This document shows, in pieces, positions 62,468 through 64,000 of a stretch of 64,000 bases of DNA (positions are counted from its first letter, which is position 1; the number at the start of each line of letters is the position of its first letter). Origin of the DNA: Sarea resinae. Lineage: Eukaryota. A program made the position numbers and the translations under genes. The stretch is taken from NCBI GenBank assembly GCA_026026165.1, contig JAPEUD010000003.1, positions 620,001-684,000 on the forward strand, given 5' to 3'. Below the pieces are notes generated by a model. That model made no database searches. It was not told the origin of the DNA and saw only the letters and a list, made by a program, of their open reading frames with translations.

Positions 62468-64000
62468 TCATCGTGCACCCTTGCTCGTCGATCTCTCCGG
62501 ATTTGGACGAGGATTTGAACCAGCAGGACCGGGATTGTACTGAGCAGACGCCACGGCGTTCTCGAAGTCATGTTCGCGAAGCATGACCGCATATCGAGGA
62601 TCCTTTAAGAATTTGGGAACCGAATCCTGCGATTGTGAGCTACTGGACGGCCTCATACAAAACAGAAAGATACATACGCTAGCCATTAACTTGAACACGG
62701 AATTCTGCGCCTTGTCAAAGAGGTCGGCCACTTCGCGCAGGCTTTTGGACATGGCTTCATCATCACCTACAGCCCGGGTCATCCTACCGGCAAGGGCGTT
62801 TCGCAAGCTATGATCTATGTTCAGCTCGCATGGAGAGCCAGGAGCTAAGAATGCATTGTAAAGGCCTGTGTCCAGTTAGTGACTGCTCATCATAGACCAT
62901 GGAGCTAACGTACCATATGCCGCAGCTAGCAATTCCCGGATCAGATCAGCCCTTGGCTTGACCGTTTGGTCAATGGTGGCACTCTTGTAGTTCGCGGAAA
63001 ATTCCATCACGTCGAGATAGAATGAGAGGTTTTCCTCGCAGTGGGTATCCCGTAGAAATTCCCGGAAGAGCAGACGTAGTGCAGCATCATTCAAGATGAC
63101 GGTCATGCGGTTGGTGTTCGAATCGCGTTGCGACGCCTTGCCGTCTTGCTTGTAGAGGTCTCCATTTGGAGCTGCCTTCTCTGGCGCAATCCAACCGGCT
63201 ACGCGCTGCCCCTTGTCGGTGAGCGTATATATCGCATTCTTCGTTGGCTGAAAATGAGTTGATGTCATGGGATTCTGACTCTTGTATGCCTTGTCCTCGA
63301 CAACGGGCCACATGAGCCCCATCTGCACAAACAGATCCGCCATCTCATACGTTTCTCTTCGATCAACAGTCGTACAGCAATCCATCAACCAATCAGCAGC
63401 GGCCCTGCCAGTAAAACTATTGTAAACAACTCTTTCACCAGTTTTATCCGAAATCTTGCGCCTCTCAGCGACTTTCACACCAACCAATCCATCGTAGAAC
63501 TCGCTAAGAGAATCGGAATCGGAAGCCGTCGTATTGGACTTGACATTTGCTCCACCTTGTCCAGCAAAACGGCGAAAGATGACCTCGATCGTTCCTCGGT
63601 CGTGCGATAGCTTATCGGTTACGATATCTCTTTCCAGTGTGACCAGCTGCATCGCGTTGCGCGGCGAGCTCAAAACTTCTACAACGTGGCGCTGGTTGAT
63701 GCCGTTCCGCTGGCAGAATCTTTCCAGAATATGCATTCCTTTCGGACTGAGCTGCCAAATTGCACCTCTGAGAGGAAACGTCGGGACCGGCTTCAAGTCC
63801 GCAGGCTCGATAAATCTCGCATCCAAGAATCGCTGGCAGACCGCACGGGCCATCTCTTTTGCCATTGAGAATGTTGTGGTTGTCGTCGTTGTGACTATCC
63901 GCGAATTGTCTTTCGGGTCTGGCATACGATTCGATTGAGAGAACTTGAGCGACCCCAGATTGGTGATGGCCTCCTCTGAAGAAAACGTATGATCGATCTT
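62468..64000 (-). CDS. flbA: RGS regulator FlbA/Sst2-like (DEP-DEP-RGS), 5' end outside window
   Basis: TTTTTTTFSMAKEMAR, DEP segment FTGRAAADWLMDCCTT, and RGS segment LFREFL..CEENLSFY..FLAPGSPCELNIDH..LMAS|DSVPKF. Confidence 0.93.

Overview
This is eukaryotic, intron-rich DNA from a filamentous ascomycete (Pezizomycotina-type GT-AG introns with CTAAC/CTGAC branch points). Recognisable genes in order: mitochondrial DnaJ (Mdj1), a beta-hydroxyacid/6PGD-family dehydrogenase, a probable Rrn11, a RING-H2 E3 ligase, a Zn2Cys6 transcription factor, an atypical protein kinase, mitochondrial Lon (Pim1), Mob3/phocein, condensin Smc2, Rab GDI, a GPR1/FUN34/YaaH transporter, CHIP (TPR+U-box), Alg10, GINS Psf2 and the 3' part of FlbA (DEP+RGS). 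Three long gene-poor tracts (~12.1-20.4, 23-29.2 and 32.6-37.6 kb) are mosaics of many different microsatellites. The best new observation lies in one of them and is absent from the ORF track. It is a 3-exon gene (25070-26648) with long low-complexity introns, encoding a secreted 152-aa protein with a 6-cysteine, CFEM-like spacing. I found no tRNA, rRNA, CRISPR array or intact transposon, and no clearly novel multi-gene system. All exon boundaries were read by eye.
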